NCBI RefSeq assembly: GCF_963921235.1
Contig: NC_086107.1
Coordinates: 112,470,001-112,534,000 of the forward strand
From: Mobula hypostoma
Taxonomy: Eukaryota
Direction: 5' to 3'
DNA length: 64,000 bases
A program made the translations under genes and the position numbers. Positions 46,951 to 60,258 of this stretch are shown here, piece by piece; the stretch's first letter is position 1, and every line of letters starts with the position of its first letter. The notes beneath the pieces are model-generated. The model had not been told where the DNA came from, did no database searches, and worked only from the letters and a program-made list of their open reading frames with translations.

Positions 46951-47060
46951 AGCAACACACATCAAAGTTGCTGGTGAACGCAGCAGGCCAGGCAGCGTTC
47001 ACCAGCAACTTTGATGTGCGTTGCTTGAATTTCCAGCATCTGCAGAATTCCTCGTGTTTG
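46951..47060 (+). mobile_element. Young short Penelope-like terminal-repeat insertion with inverted 5' arm; same family at about 9405-9525(-) and 61997-62092(-)
   Basis: Fold-back of GCAACACACATCAAAGTTGCTGGTGAACGC; 13-bp direct repeat AGGTTTGACATCA (46938-46950 / 47061-47073). Confidence 0.8.
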
Positions 47061-48063
47061 AGGTTTGACATCATTGACTTTTACGACTGGAACAAAGCCA
47101 ACGCCATTTTTCACTTTGAGGGGTAGGTGTCAGACGCTGTGAAAACAGGCAACTGTGCCCCCCCCCCACCCCCACCCCCACCTAGCCCAGTACAAAGATA
47201 AGTTTGGAAGGTCATCTCAGGAACAGTGTCGGGGCTAAATAAAAATGAGCTCACCTGCTAAAGAGGTAAAGCACCATGCAATCCCACATTAAGCAATCAA
47301 ACCTCTGCTCACCCTTTAGTGAATGGTCATATCCACTGTTATAAAATATGGAAAAAGACCCATGCAGTCCATACAACCATGAAGCACCCATTGACACAAA
47401 CCCCTTCATTTATGACCCATACCTTCCCGTCATCTACTCGCTGGATCTACCACTCATCCAAGTACTGTGGGCAATTACTGAGCCAGCTAAGTCTCTCCAG
47501 TGACTCTATTCTCGTGACAACAGAAACCAGTGACAACTCTAAGTAAATGGAGGCAATGACCAAACATCAAGGATTTCCTAATAAGCAATGACTGTTTTAA
47601 CCTTCACTGGCCCTTTGAAGGACTGATGAAGGGTCCTATTGAAGAGTCTTGGTCCAAAGTGTCAACGGTTTATTCCTCTCCGTAGATGCTGCCTGACATG
47701 CTGAGTTCCTCCAGCATCTTGAGTACGTTGCTCAAGGTTTCCGGCATCTTCAGAATCTCTCGTGCCTCATTATAAAGAAGTTGGGATTTAGGCAGTGCCT
47801 GAAGCAGTCTATGCTTCCATACAGCCAAGATTAGACAACAAGCGCTGATAATATTTTCACCATTATGTTGCACCACGTCCTTCTCCAACTGGAGAGAATC
47901 CAGCCAACCTGCCTGGTCATCCATCTAAACCGGGAGACACATTGACCCAACCGAGGGCTCTGTGCTAATCTTTGCCCTCTGAGTGTGGGTTACCAGTGGC
48001 TACAGCCATACGTTGAGAGGATCCAGGTGTGAGGAATTCTTTAGAAAATTTCTGGCACTCACC

Positions 48064-48575
48064 CATCAGTGGCCATTTTATTAGGTACACCTGTACACCA
48101 GCTTGTTATTGGAAATATCTAATCAGCCAATGCATAAAAGCATGCAGATGTGGTCAAGAGGTTCAATTGTTGTTCAGACCAAACATCAGAATGGGGAAGA
48201 AATGTGATCTAAGTGACCTTGACAATGGAATGATAGTTGGTGCCAGACAGGTTGGTTTGAGTATTTCAGAAACTGCTGATCTCCTGGGATTTTCACGCAC
48301 AACAGTCTCTAGAGTTTACAGAGAATGGTGTGAAAAACAAATAAAAATCCAGTGAGAGGCAGTTCTGTGGGCGAAAATGCCTTTTTAATGAGAGAGATCA
48401 GAGGAGAATGGCCAGACTGGTTCAAACTGACAGGAAGGTGACAGTAACTCAAATAACCACACGTTACAATGGTGGTGTGCAGAAGAGCATCTCTGAATGC
48501 ACAACACGTCGAACCTTGAAGTGGATGGGCTACAGCAGCAGGAGACCACAAACATACACTCAGTGGCCACTGTGT
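48064..48575 (+). mobile_element. Non-autonomous Tc1-like element; other copies at about 56125-56288 and 56903-57422
   Basis: MGKKCDLSDLDNGMIVGAR..LSISETADLLGFSRTTVSRVYREW / MARLVQ.DRK.TVTQIT..YN...SISE.TTRRTL..MGYSSRRP is the Tc1 DNA-binding region; no DDE domain. Confidence 0.85.
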
Positions 48576-49619
48576 TTCTCTACAAAATTACCTTGCAGGA
48601 CGCAACTCAATTCTTGACACTATAGTTGCCCCTTTGTGTGAGGAAGTGCCTTCACCTGTGAACACCTGTTTGCTAGATTGCTAGACCCATGCAAAAGATT
48701 GAATAGGTTATGACTTCATTCCTTTGGATGTAGAAGATTGAGGGGAGATTTGATAGAGGTATACAAAATTATGAGGGGTGTAGATAAGCAGGCTTTTACA
48801 CTGCGGTTGGGCGGGGGGGGGGGGAAGCTACAGCCAGAAGTCATAGGTGAAAGGTGAAAGATGAAAAGTTTAGGGGAACAATAAGGGAAACTTCTTCACT
48901 TGGAGGGTTCATGTGAGAGTGGAACGAGCTGCCAGCACGTGGTGCATGCAAACTCAATTTCAACACTTAAGAGAAGTTTGCATAGGTACATGGATGGTAG
49001 GGGTGTGGAGGGCCATGGTCCCAGTGCAGTTCGAAGGAGTAGGCAGTTTAAATAGGTTGGCACAGACTAGATGGGCTGAAGGGCCTGTTTCTGTGCTGTA
49101 CTTTTCTAGGACTCTGTGACTCTAATGCAAGTTCTACCAGTGGCATAACTCGAAGAACCACTGACCCCTTGACCTGTCTGTGTGGAGTCTGCACGCTCTC
49201 CCAGTGACACGTGGCTTTCCTCTGGCTGCTCGGGTTTCCCCTCGCACCCCAGGTTTTGTGGATTGCAGTGTTCTGTGTAGCTCAGCTGAGCACGGTGCGC
49301 AAGAAAGTGCAGTGAGACTTGCGGGCTGCCCCCAGCACGCCCTCGGGTGTGTTGGTTGTTAACGCAAACGACACATTTCACTGCACGCTTCGATGAACGT
49401 GTGATAAATAGATTTGAGTCTTGAATCTTGAATCTTGACCACTGAGAATTGATGAATGGCAGAATCTGGAGGAGGGGAAGGCATGGATGGGAATGTGGTG
49501 AGAATCAAAAGGAGTTAATATACTGCATGAGAAGTGTTAGTAGGCCAATGGTTGGTGTGGATTCGATGGGCTGCATATCACACCACAGACAGCACCTTCT
49601 ATCACCGTAGACTAGGCTG

Positions 49620-50365
49620 GACAACTAGAAATCAGAGATACAAAGGGATTCGGAAGTCCTCGCGCACAATTCCCGAAACATTAACTTGCTGGTTGAGTCG
49701 GTGGTAAGGAAGGCAAATGCCTTCATTTCAAGAGGACTAGGATACAAAAGCAAGGGTGCATTGCTGAGGCTTTATAAAGTATTGGTCAGACTGCACTCGG
49801 AGTATTGTGAGCACTTTTGGGGCTCTATCTAAGAAAAGATGTGCTGGCATTGGAGAGGGTCCAGATGAGGTTCACATGAATGATTCTGGGAATGAAAGGG
49901 TTAACATATGAGGAGTGTTTGATGGCTCTGGGCCTGTACTCGCTGGAGTTTAGAAGAATGGGGGGGTGGAGGGTGGATCTCATTGAAACCTATGGAATAT
50001 TGAAAGGTCTGGATACAGTGGATGTGGAGAGGATGTTTCCCACAGTGGGAGAGTCTGGGACCAGGCGGCACAGCCTCAGAAGAGAAGGACGTCAATTTAG
50101 AACAGAGATGAGGAGGAATTTCTTTAGCGGGATGTTGGCGAATGTGTAGAGTTCACTGCCACGGACGGCTCTGGAGGCCAAACCACTGGGTACATTTAAA
50201 GCGGTGAGCACTAGGTTCTTGATTAGTCAGGGGTGTTAAAGGTTACAGGGAGAAGGCAGGAGAATGGGGTTGAGAGGGATAATAAATCAGCCATGATGGA
50301 ATGGCGGAGCATTCTCAATGAGCCCAATGGCCTAACTCTGCTCCTATGTCTTATGGTGTTATGGT
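49620..50365 (+). mobile_element. Old CR1-type LINE 3' fragment
   Basis: ORF 49880-50149 has LGLYSLEFRRM...FRTEMRRNFFS. Confidence 0.8.
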
Positions 50366-50544
50366 CATTCATCCTATTCTTTGGATGGCAGCAGTTTTCT
50401 AAGTTGCCAGGCAAACTGCAAGGTTGTACACGGAGAAATAGTTACGACCAGAGATAACAATGACCAACCCTCCCACCCCCTGAAGAGATATTTATCCTGT
50501 AGCTGTCCAATCAGATCCTTGTAATATTGGAGCGCTATATTACA

Positions 50545-51000
50545 ATGATGTTGCCGGGGCTTAAGGACCTGAATTACACAGAAAGGTTGAATAGTTTAGG
50601 ACTCTATGCCCTGGAACGCAGGAGACTGAGGCAAGATCTTACCAAGGTATACAGAATTACAAAGGGTATATAGATTGGTTGAATGCAAGCAGGTTTTTTC
50701 CACTGAGGTTGAGTGAGACTAGAACCAGAGGCATTAGGCATAGGGTTAAAGATGAAATATTTAAGGGGACTTTGTGGCAAGTTCTTCACTCAGAGGGCCG
50801 TAAGAGCGTGGAATGAGCTGCCGGTGGAAGTGATGGATACAAAGTTGATTTCTTTTAAGAGAAGTTTGGATAGATAGATGGATGGGAGGGGTTTGAATTG
50901 ATATGCTTCGGGTGCAGGTCGATGGGACGAGACAGAAAACCAGTTCAGCAGGGAGTAGATGGGCCAAAGGCCCTGTTTCTGTCCTGTAGCACTCTATGAC
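50545..51000 (+). mobile_element. Old CR1-type LINE 3' fragment; the same subfamily occurs at about 31180-31595, 48695-49120 and 51620-51990
   Basis: Shared GCAAGCAGG...CACTGAGG...TTCTTCACTCAGAGGG...TGGAA text and 3' UTR. Confidence 0.7.
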
Positions 51001-52699
51001 TACAACTCTGTAACAGAATCTTTATAAAAACGTCAATTAGCTCAAGTCTCAGCGGGTTGTGACACGTTCTATTGCTTCTCTCCTAGGAAGGTTTACTTTG
51101 TCTGAAGGCAAAATTAGGCCAGACTCAGAATGAAATTCAAAATGGCCCACTGATTAAAATTTTCCACACAGGTGTTTCCGGAGCATTCCTCCCGCGACAC
51201 GCAATTAAGAAAGAAAACAAAATAGAACACCACTGAAATGTGATGCGATGGTGTGTATACTGTGTGATATGGGCGCCACTGTAGCGTGGCGGTTAGCGCG
51301 ACGCTATTATAGCGCAGGACATTAGAGTTCAGAGTTCAATCCCGGCGTCCTCTGTAAGGAGTCTCTGTACATCCTCCCCATGGAATGTGTGGGTTTCCCC
51401 CGCGTGCCCCGGTTTCCTCCCACAGTCCAAAGATGTAGCGGGTAGGGTTAATTGGTCATTGTAAATTGTTCCATGATTAGGTTAGGATTAAATTGGGGAA
51501 TGTCTGAAGTTGATGGGCTCAAAGGGCCAGAAGGGCCTTTTCCCTGCTGTATCTCTAAATAAATAAAAATATAAAAATAAATAATAAATAAATATAAGAT
51601 TTATTTCCTTCCTTGAAGAACTTTATTTTGGAATGCAGAAGATTGAAAGGAGATTTGACAGAGGTTAACAAAATTACGAGGGCTAGAGATAGGGTAAATG
51701 CAAGCAGGCTTTTTTCACTGAGGTCATAGGTTAAGGGTGAAAGGTGAAAAGTTTAAGAGGAACATGAGGGGAAACTTCTTCACTCAGAGGGTGGTGAGAG
51801 TGTGGAACGAGCTGCCAATGCAAGTGGTGGATGCGAGCTTGATTTCAACGTTTAAGAGAAGTTTGGATAGGTACATGGATGGTAGAGGTATGTAGTGTGC
51901 AGGCTGATGGGAGTAGGCAGTTTAAATGGTTTGGCTTGGACTAGATGGGCCAAAGGGACTGTTTCTGATCTGTACTTTTCTATGACTCCGCCCCTTGGAT
52001 AATGGAACTGTGCAAACTGTGAGTCTCACAATACCTACTTAACTAACAATAGTGATAACACTTCAAACAAACTAATACTATCTGAAATTCTCCCAGGAAA
52101 TGACACAGCAGATATTAGATTCAGAGTAAAACTCACCTGACACCATCCCATCAAATATTCTAATGGTACAATGAAATAATTTATATTTGCATAGATGTGC
52201 AGATCCTACAAAACTCAGGAAACTCTACACTAAGACAAAGCAGCCACTTGGATAGGCTCCCCATTCACCGTGCTAAACATTCACTCATCTACAAAACTCA
52301 CTGTAAGCAACTCATCAAGGCCTCTTCAGGACAACCTCAAAGGACAGAGGGAGAAGGTCAACAAGAACTCAGCAATTTCCATTCGCACACCAGCCTGACC
52401 TGGAAATAAATCGCCTCCCTTCAATGGAACGGCACAGTAGCGTATGGTTAGCACAACGCTTTACAGTACAGGCGACCCGGGTTCAATTCCCACTACTGCC
52501 TGTAACCACGTGACCACGTGGGTTTCCTCTGGGTGTTCTGGTTTCTTCCCACAGCCCAGTAAAGACGTACCAGTTGGTAGTTTAATTGGACATTGTAAAT
52601 TGTTCCATGATTAGGCTGGGATTAAATTGGGCAATTGCTGGGCAGCAGGACTCAAAAGGCCGAGAGGGACTATTCCACACTGTTTATAACATCTCAAAG

Positions 52700-53517
52700 A
52701 TTATAGACTTCAGGAGAGGGAAACCAGAAGTCCATGAGCCAGTCCCCATTGGAGGAGTGGAGGTGGAGAGGGTTAGCAACTCTAAATTCCCGAGTCTTAC
52801 TATTTCAGAGAACCTGTCCTGGGTCGAGCACGTAAGTGCAATTATGAAGAAAGCACCGCAGTGCCTCTCCTTCCTTGGAGTCTGAGGGGATTTGGTATGA
52901 CGTCTAAATCTTTGACACACTTGTTCAGATGTGTAGTGGAGAGTATATTGATTGGCTGCATCACAGCCTGGTATGGAAACACCAATGCCTTTGAATGGCA
53001 AATCCGACAAAAGGTAGTGGATTCAGCCCAGTACGTCACGGGTAAAGTCTTCTCAACCACTGAGCACATCTACATGAAACGCTGTTGCAGGAAAGCAGCA
53101 TCCATCATCAGAGATCTTCACCACCCAGGTCATGCTCTCTTCTCGCTGCTGCCATCAGGTAGAAGGTACAAGAACCTCAGGATTCACACCACCAGGTTCA
53201 AGAACAGTTACCACCCCTCAACCATCAGGCTCTTGAGCAAAAGGGGATAACTACACTCTCTTACCCCGTCATTGAAATGTTCCCACAACCAATGATCTCA
53301 CTCTAAGGATTCTTTATCTCATTATCTCATGTTTTCATCATTTATTGCTATTTAATTAAATTTGCATTTGCACAGTTTGTTGTCTTCTGCACTCTGGTTG
53401 ATCTCTCATTGATCTGTTATGGTTACTGTTCTATAGATTTGCTGAGTATGCCCACAGAAAAACGAATCTCAGGGTTGTGTATGTATTTTGATAATAAAAA
53501 TTACTTCGCGCTTTGAA
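52700..53517 (+). mobile_element. Rex1/Babar-type LINE 3' fragment; related pieces at about 5135-5580(-), 6290-6650, 7670-7947, 26905-27360, 37810-38390, 53580-53935 and 58400-58755
   Basis: ORF 52861-53250: VESILIGCITAWYGN...RKAASIIRDLHHPGHALFSLLPSGRRY...TTRFKNSY. Confidence 0.85.
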
Positions 53518-54079
53518 ACAACGTAAATAGATTACCCTTTCATCTGACCCTTTATATTGTGTCTGTCTACACCCCTCACTACCTCAGCAAAAGAGCCAGC
53601 ATTATCAAAGACCCCACCCACACCAGACATTCCCTCTTCTCCACTCTCCCATCAGGTAGCGATACAAAAGTCTGAATGCACGGACCACCAGGCTTAAGGA
53701 CAGCTTCTATCCCACTGTTAAATAGTTTCCTCGTATGATAAGATGGAATCTTGACCTCACGATCCACCTCGTTATGATCTTGCACCTTATTGTTTACCTG
53801 CACTGCACTTTCTCTGTAGCTGTCACGCTTTATTTTGCACTCTGTTCTGCTTCAGCGCACTGTGTAATGAATTGTTCTATATGAACAGCATGCAAGACAA
53901 GCTTTTCATTGTAACTCGGTACATGTGACAGTAATTACCAACCAATTACTAAACACTTCCCAATTACCAATTACCTTCCATCTGAGAGCACCATGGGAAC
54001 ACCTTCACCCCATGACCACAGCAGAAGAAGTCATCTTCTCCAGGGCAGTTACGAATACACCAGAGACATCAACACATCT

Positions 54080-54610
54080 ACTCCCATTCCAATGTGTCGG
54101 TCCATGACCTCCTCTTGTGCCAAGATAAGGCCACCCTCAGGGTGAAGGAGCAACACCTTATATTCCGTCTGGATAGCCTTCAACCTAATGACATGAATAT
54201 CGCTTTCTCCTTCTGGTAAACAAATCTCACCCACCTCCCCCCCCGCCCTCTATTCCCCACTCTGACCTTTTATTTCTTCTCACCTGCCTATTAGTTCCCC
54301 AGTGTCCCCTACTCCTTTCCCTTCTCCTCTCCTAGCAGATTCCTTCTTCTCCAGCCCCTGACCTTTCCCACTCACCTGGCTTCACCTACCACCTATTATC
54401 TTCCAACTAGCCTCCTTTCTCTCCCCCCACCTCTATATTCCAGCATCCGCCCCCCCCAACCCTTCCCTTTCCAGTTCTGAAGGAGGGTCTCGGCCCGAAA
54501 CGTTGACTGTTTATTCATTTCCATAGATGCAGCCTGTCCAGCTGATCTCCCCCAGCATTTTGTGTGTGTTGCTTTGGATTTCCAGGGTCAGCAGACTTTC
54601 TTGTGTTTAT
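54080..54610 (+). mobile_element. 5'-truncated Penelope-like element
   Basis: ATLRVKEQHLIFRLDSLQPNDMNIAFS followed by the same UTR and terminal repeat as 7948-8437. Confidence 0.75.
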
Positions 54611-56457
54611 GAATAGGAGGGATCTATCCAACACACTATCCGTCTCCGTGTTCAACACATTCAACAATGACTTGATTTAGTTTAGAGATACAACACGGAA
54701 TAGGCCCTTCCAGCCCTTCGAGCTGTGCTGCCCAGCAATCGCCCGACAACCCCGATTTAACCCTCGCCTAATCACGGGACAATTTACAATGACCAATTAA
54801 CCCACCCAGTATGTCTTTAGCCTGTGGGAGAAAACCCACTCATTCCACAAGGAGATCGTACAGAGACTCCTTGAACTCCGACCTCTGAGGCCCCAAACTT
54901 TAATAGCGTTGCACTAACCACTACGTTACCATGGCGCCCACACTCAAGGGGATATAAAACCAGCCAGCTTGATCCTCATTCCAGGAATCAGTCAAGTGGA
55001 TCTTTGTTACGCTCTCTTTCAGGTGTGAGATCTTTGCTTCACACTCTTTGTTACACTTCCTTAAACATCCTTCATTAATCACAAAGACCAAAGCTCTACA
55101 TTGTAATCCAGGTTTGCTCAGGTCAAACCCATATATCAACTCCATCAATATATCTTTACGCCAGCACTCCAACGTTCTTGCAGTAAAAGTTAACGTGCCA
55201 TTTGTCTTTCTCGGCATCTGCTGTACCTTGAAGTATTAACATGCTGTGATTCTGTACAGCCGCAGTGCTTTAACTAGCAGCGGTATGGCGGCATAGCGGT
55301 TAGCGTAACGCTATTACAGGAGTTTGTACATTCCCCCCTTGATTGCGGCCATTTCCTCAGGGTGCCCTGGTTTCCTCCCACTTTGCAAAGACATACGGGT
55401 TAGTAGGTTAATTGTCACGAGGGTATAACTGAGCAGCGCGGGCTCGCTGGGCCAGAAGCGCCTGTTGACATGTTGTATCTCTAAATAAATACCAGCATCT
55501 CCCACCTCTTGTCATTTTAAACTATTCGCCTTCTCTACTTTTCTAACTGTTGGTGCACCCTCGCTTGCTCATAGTATACGCCTAGGGCCCCCTTTGGTCA
55601 GGGTCAACCCTAGACGTTGTGTAGTAGTTGTCTACGTTGTACATGCAAACCAGTACGACATGGAGAGCGAGCTGTTGCCCACGCAGTAGGCTCCCCCTCT
55701 TCATGCCGCTGATGAACCCAAAGGAACGACAGAGACCAATGCAGTTAGGCACCTACGCAGGAGTCGCCTGTCAGTGTCCAACTCAACGTCGGGATTTTTC
55801 CTCGGGGTTTACTCCCGAAGCCTTCCTCGCGAGGGGATGTAGCCGCAAGGCAGCGGAGGCTTGAGATCAGAGTTTTTCCTTCTCCTAGATGACCTGCCAA
55901 CCACAGCGGACGAGCCCTATCTGCCCGAGGGCTCCAGGAACCCGCCTTTGACCCATCTCCTGTCAATCGCAATGGTTCTGCTGAGCTTAGTAGCTAAGTT
56001 ATTCGTGAAGGCCAAGAGCTGGACTTGGCTGTCAGAGACTAGTTGAGATGCACCTCATTAGGAGAATTTAATCGGTAGTGGGAATTTATTCCATTACCAC
56101 CCCCAGCCATAAAAACCTAGGATTAGGGCTGACAGGAAGGCGACAGTAACTCAAATAACCACGTGTTACAACAGTGGTGTGCAGAAGAGCATCTCTGAAC
56201 GCACAACACGTCAAACCTTGAAGTGGATGGGCTACAGCAGCAGAAGACCACGAGCCTACAGTCAGTAGCTAATAAAGTGGTGACTGTCTGTTTTTCTACA
56301 AGGTTATCTTGCAGTAGGTAACTCAATTCTTGACTCTGGAAAGTAGCTACCTCCTTGTGTGAGGAAGTGCCTTCTCCTATGAACACCCTATCACCAGTAG
56401 CACAGCTTGCTAAATTGCTGCCTCCCACGACCTATACGCTAGCTGCCATGATACTAA

Positions 56458-56548
56458 CAACTCACTTTTACTCACTCACCCTGTCTGTACGCACTGTCTC
56501 TGTACAACTCACTTTTACTCACTCACCCTGTTTTGTACCCATTGTCTC
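56458..56548. repeat. About 48-bp tandem duplication
   Basis: CAACTCACTTTTACTCACTCACCCTGT occurs twice. Confidence 0.8.
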
Positions 56549-57554
56549 GTTACCTTTGCTGCCTCCTTGCCTTCTCCCATCTGCTCCTCTTTGTATCATC
56601 AGCCCACTCAGACACATCACACTCACCCCCTCAGTGAAGTCATCAATATCGGCTGCAAGGCTGAGACCCATCACCAGTCTTAGCAGCACTCCATTAGATA
56701 CAGTGTCTGTCCCACACTGTGCCTTCTATCCATTAACCAGTCCTGAATGCATATTACGTAATCCTTAAGCTCATTTTTGTGTAATAACATTTTATGTGAT
56801 AAATCAGCAAATATTTTTCAAAAATGCAAATAGGTCTAGGCTCCCACCAATGTCCCCTATGAGTTGGAACCTTAAACTACTCAAAATAGCTTTCTAATTC
56901 ATATACAGTATCTACTGTCAGTACACCAGCTCATTAACACAAATATCTAATCAACCAATCATGTGCCAGCAACTCAATGCATAAAAGCATGCAGATGTGG
57001 TCAAGAGGTTCAGTTGTTGTTCAGCCCAAACATCAGAATGGTGAGGCAAAGTGACCTTGACTGTGGAATGATTGCTGGTGCCAGATGGGGTGGATTGAGT
57101 ATCTCAGAAAGTGCTGGAATTTTCACGTACTGCAATATCTAGAGTTTACAGAGAACGGCATGAAAGCAAAAAAAAAAGCCAGTGAGTGGCAGTTCTGTGG
57201 GCGAAACTGCCAGAGAGGTCAAAGGAGAATGACTGGTTCAAGCCGACAGGAAGGCGACAGTAACTCAAATAACCACGTGTTACCACAGTGGTGTGCGGAA
57301 GAGCATCTCTGAATGCACAACACATCGAACCTTGAAGTGGATGGGCTACAGCAGCAGAAGACCACAAACATACACTCAGTGGCTACCTTATTAAATATCT
57401 AATAAAGTGGCCACTGAATGTACGTTAAGCCGCCACCATGACCTTGTCATTTTCTAAGTCCACAACCACCATGCCTCTAATAGCAGAGTCTAGCATAATT
57501 GCTTACCTCAGGCTATCTGACCTATTACTTCGAACTTCCACTGATCCTAAAAGT

Positions 57555-58225
57555 TCTCATGCAAGTTGATAGGGTTGTTAAGAAGGTGTAGGGTGTGTTG
57601 ACCTTCATTAGTCGGGGGACTGAGTTCAAGAGCCTCGAGGTAATGTTGCAGCTCTATAAGACTCTGGTCAGACCACACTTGGAGTTCAGTTCTGGTCACC
57701 TCATTATAGGGAGGATGTGGAAGCTTTAGAGAGGGTGCAGAGGAGATTTGCCAGGATGCTGCCTGGATTAGAGGGCATGTCCTAACAGGATAGTTTGAGC
57801 GAGCTAGGGTTTTTCTCTAAAGGAGTGAAGGAGGATGACAGGTGACTTGGTAGAGGTGTACAAGATGATAAGAGGAGTGGATAAATCGAGAGGATAGACA
57901 GAGACTTTTGCTGAGGGAAGAAATGGCTAATACCAAGGGGCATAATTGTAAGGTGAATGGAGGAAATTATAAGGGGGATGTTAGGGAAAAATTCTTTAAA
58001 CTGAGAGTGGTGGGTATGTGGGACGTCCTGCCAGCCCCAGGGGTGGTGGTAAAGGAAGATACTTTAGAAGCATTTAAAAAACTCTTAGATAGGCACATTG
58101 ATTATAGAAATTGGAGGCCTATTGGGAGGGAAGGTTTACATAGATCTTAGAGTAGGTTAAAAGGTTGGTACAACATTGTGGGCTGAAAGGCCTGTACCGT
58201 AATGTTCTATGTTACTTGTTCTATG
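57555..58225 (+). mobile_element. Old CR1-type LINE 3' fragment
   Basis: Degenerate LYKTLVRPHLE, RVQRRF and TKGHN...FFKLRVV motifs. Confidence 0.75.
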
Positions 58226-59608
58226 TTTTCTTGAAAACTGGATTTATATTTGCTCTTTACAATCTGTGAGGATATTCCAAAAGTTCAAAACCAATGGATC
58301 CACTATTTCAGTAAACTTAAGATAGAGTCATAGAGTCATACAGAATGGAAACAGGTCCTTCTGCCCAACCGGTCTCTGGTGACCAAAACCTACCTATTTA
58401 CATCATTAAAGACCCCTCACACCCTCTCCATGAACTGTTTGTTCTTCTGCCATCAGGCAGACGTTACAGGAGCATTAAAACTAAAACCACAAGGCTACTA
58501 AACAGCTTCCTCCCACAGGCAGTCAGACTACTAAATAGCTGCTCTACCTGACTCTGCTTTGGACACTTTTAACTTGCACTGGACACTTATAACTTGATCT
58601 TAACTGACATGTGGCTGTTGTGTTTTACTATTTATTGTTATGTTTATTATTTAGTGCTGTATTTATTATGTTATGATTGCACTGCTCCTGGGAAACTCTG
58701 TCTCATTCTGCCCTGCAGAGCTGATGTACGGTTAGAATGACAATAAAGTTTTTTTTGAATCTTTGAAGCTTGAATCCATCAATCTATCTATCTACCTACC
58801 TACCTATCTATCTATCTTTCTATCTATCTATTTATTTATTTAGAGATACAGTGTGGAATAGGCCCTTCCACCTCCTGGCACCATCCTGACAACCCTACTT
58901 TAACCCTAACCTAATCACAGGACAATTTACAATGGCCAGTTAACCTACCCAGCATGTCACTGGACTGTGGGGGGAAACTGAGTACCCAGAAGAAACTCAC
59001 ACATTCTGCAGGGAGGACACACAGACTCCTTACAGAGGAACTCCAACACCTCAATCTGTAATAGTGTCACGCTAACCGCTATGCTGTTAGTCTATTTTGC
59101 TTGCGTTGCACCACATTCCTCTAAAATTTTTCCTAACCATGTAATTGTCCATTTATCCAAAATAATCATTCAGAAATGTTCTTAATGTACCTGCCTCAAC
59201 CAGTTCTTCTGGCAGCTCATTCCATATACGGACTCATCACCGTCTATGTGAAAAAGTTGTCCCTAAAGTTCCTATTAATCCTCTATCCTCACACTGAAAA
59301 CTATGTCCCCTAGTTCTTGTGCAACATGCACAAAATGCTGGAGGAATTCAGCAAGTCAGGCAGGATCTCTGGAGAGACATGAACATTTTGTGTCTGTTGC
59401 TCAAGATTTCCAGCATCTCCCGTCCCTCCAGTTTTTAATTCCCAAACCCTAGGGGAAAAGACCATGAGCTTTCACCCACCTATGCCCCTCATGATTTCAT
59501 ATACCTCTACAAGATCCCCCATTTTCTCCAACGCTCCAAACTGCTCGATACCTCAGTTCCTCGAGTCCAAGCAACATCCTTTTCCATCTCCTGTATGCTC
59601 TTTCCAGT

Positions 59609-60258
59609 CAATCAGTTGATTGGTTGTCATTACAGAAACTCAGTTGTGATTTAGAGAGGGGTCTCATTGCTGACTGGTTGTGTGGCCAACTCTGTGCGTT
59701 GTCTGGAATTCTGCCCACATTGGCTTATAAATGGGATCGAGATCTAAGTGTCTGTTTATAGAACTGTTTGGAGAGAACCATGCTTCTAGAAATTCTCTAG
59801 TTCCAAGAACATAGAATTTTGGTCATGCATACACCAACAGCAATGCTGAGGAGACTACTCTGCAGACCTAAAGAGCAAACCAAGCTACTGGACGAGACCA
59901 ATGTAGTCTACAAAATCCAATCCGGGGACTGCAGCAAATGTTACGTTGGACAAACTGGGAGAGAACTATCCACAGGCATCCATGAACATCAACTGGCTGT
60001 GAAATGGCACGACCAACTCTCCCTGGTCCCTACCCACGGAGATCGAAAGGGGCACAAATTCAACTGGGCATCAGTGAGACTCAAGCAAACATGCGGTATG
60101 CTAGAGAATCCCTAGAAGCATAATGTTCTGCAAACAATTCTGTAAACGGACGTGTAGATCTCGGTCCCATTTATAAGCCAATGCGGGCAAAAATCCAGAC
60201 AATGCACAGTTCGCCATGTGAGTTTTAATCAGCGACGAGATCCATTCCCTACGTCAAA
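59609..60258 (+). mobile_element. Penelope-like element fragment (second family) with GIY-YIG endonuclease remnant and inverted 5' arm
   Basis: ORF 59819-60115: NVVYKIQSGDCSKCYVGQTGRELSTGIHEH (VVY...YVG). About 59655-59800 is the reverse complement of about 60101-60245. 11-bp TSD CTCTTTCCAGT (59598-59608 / 60259-60269) inside a CR1 fragment. Confidence 0.8.
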
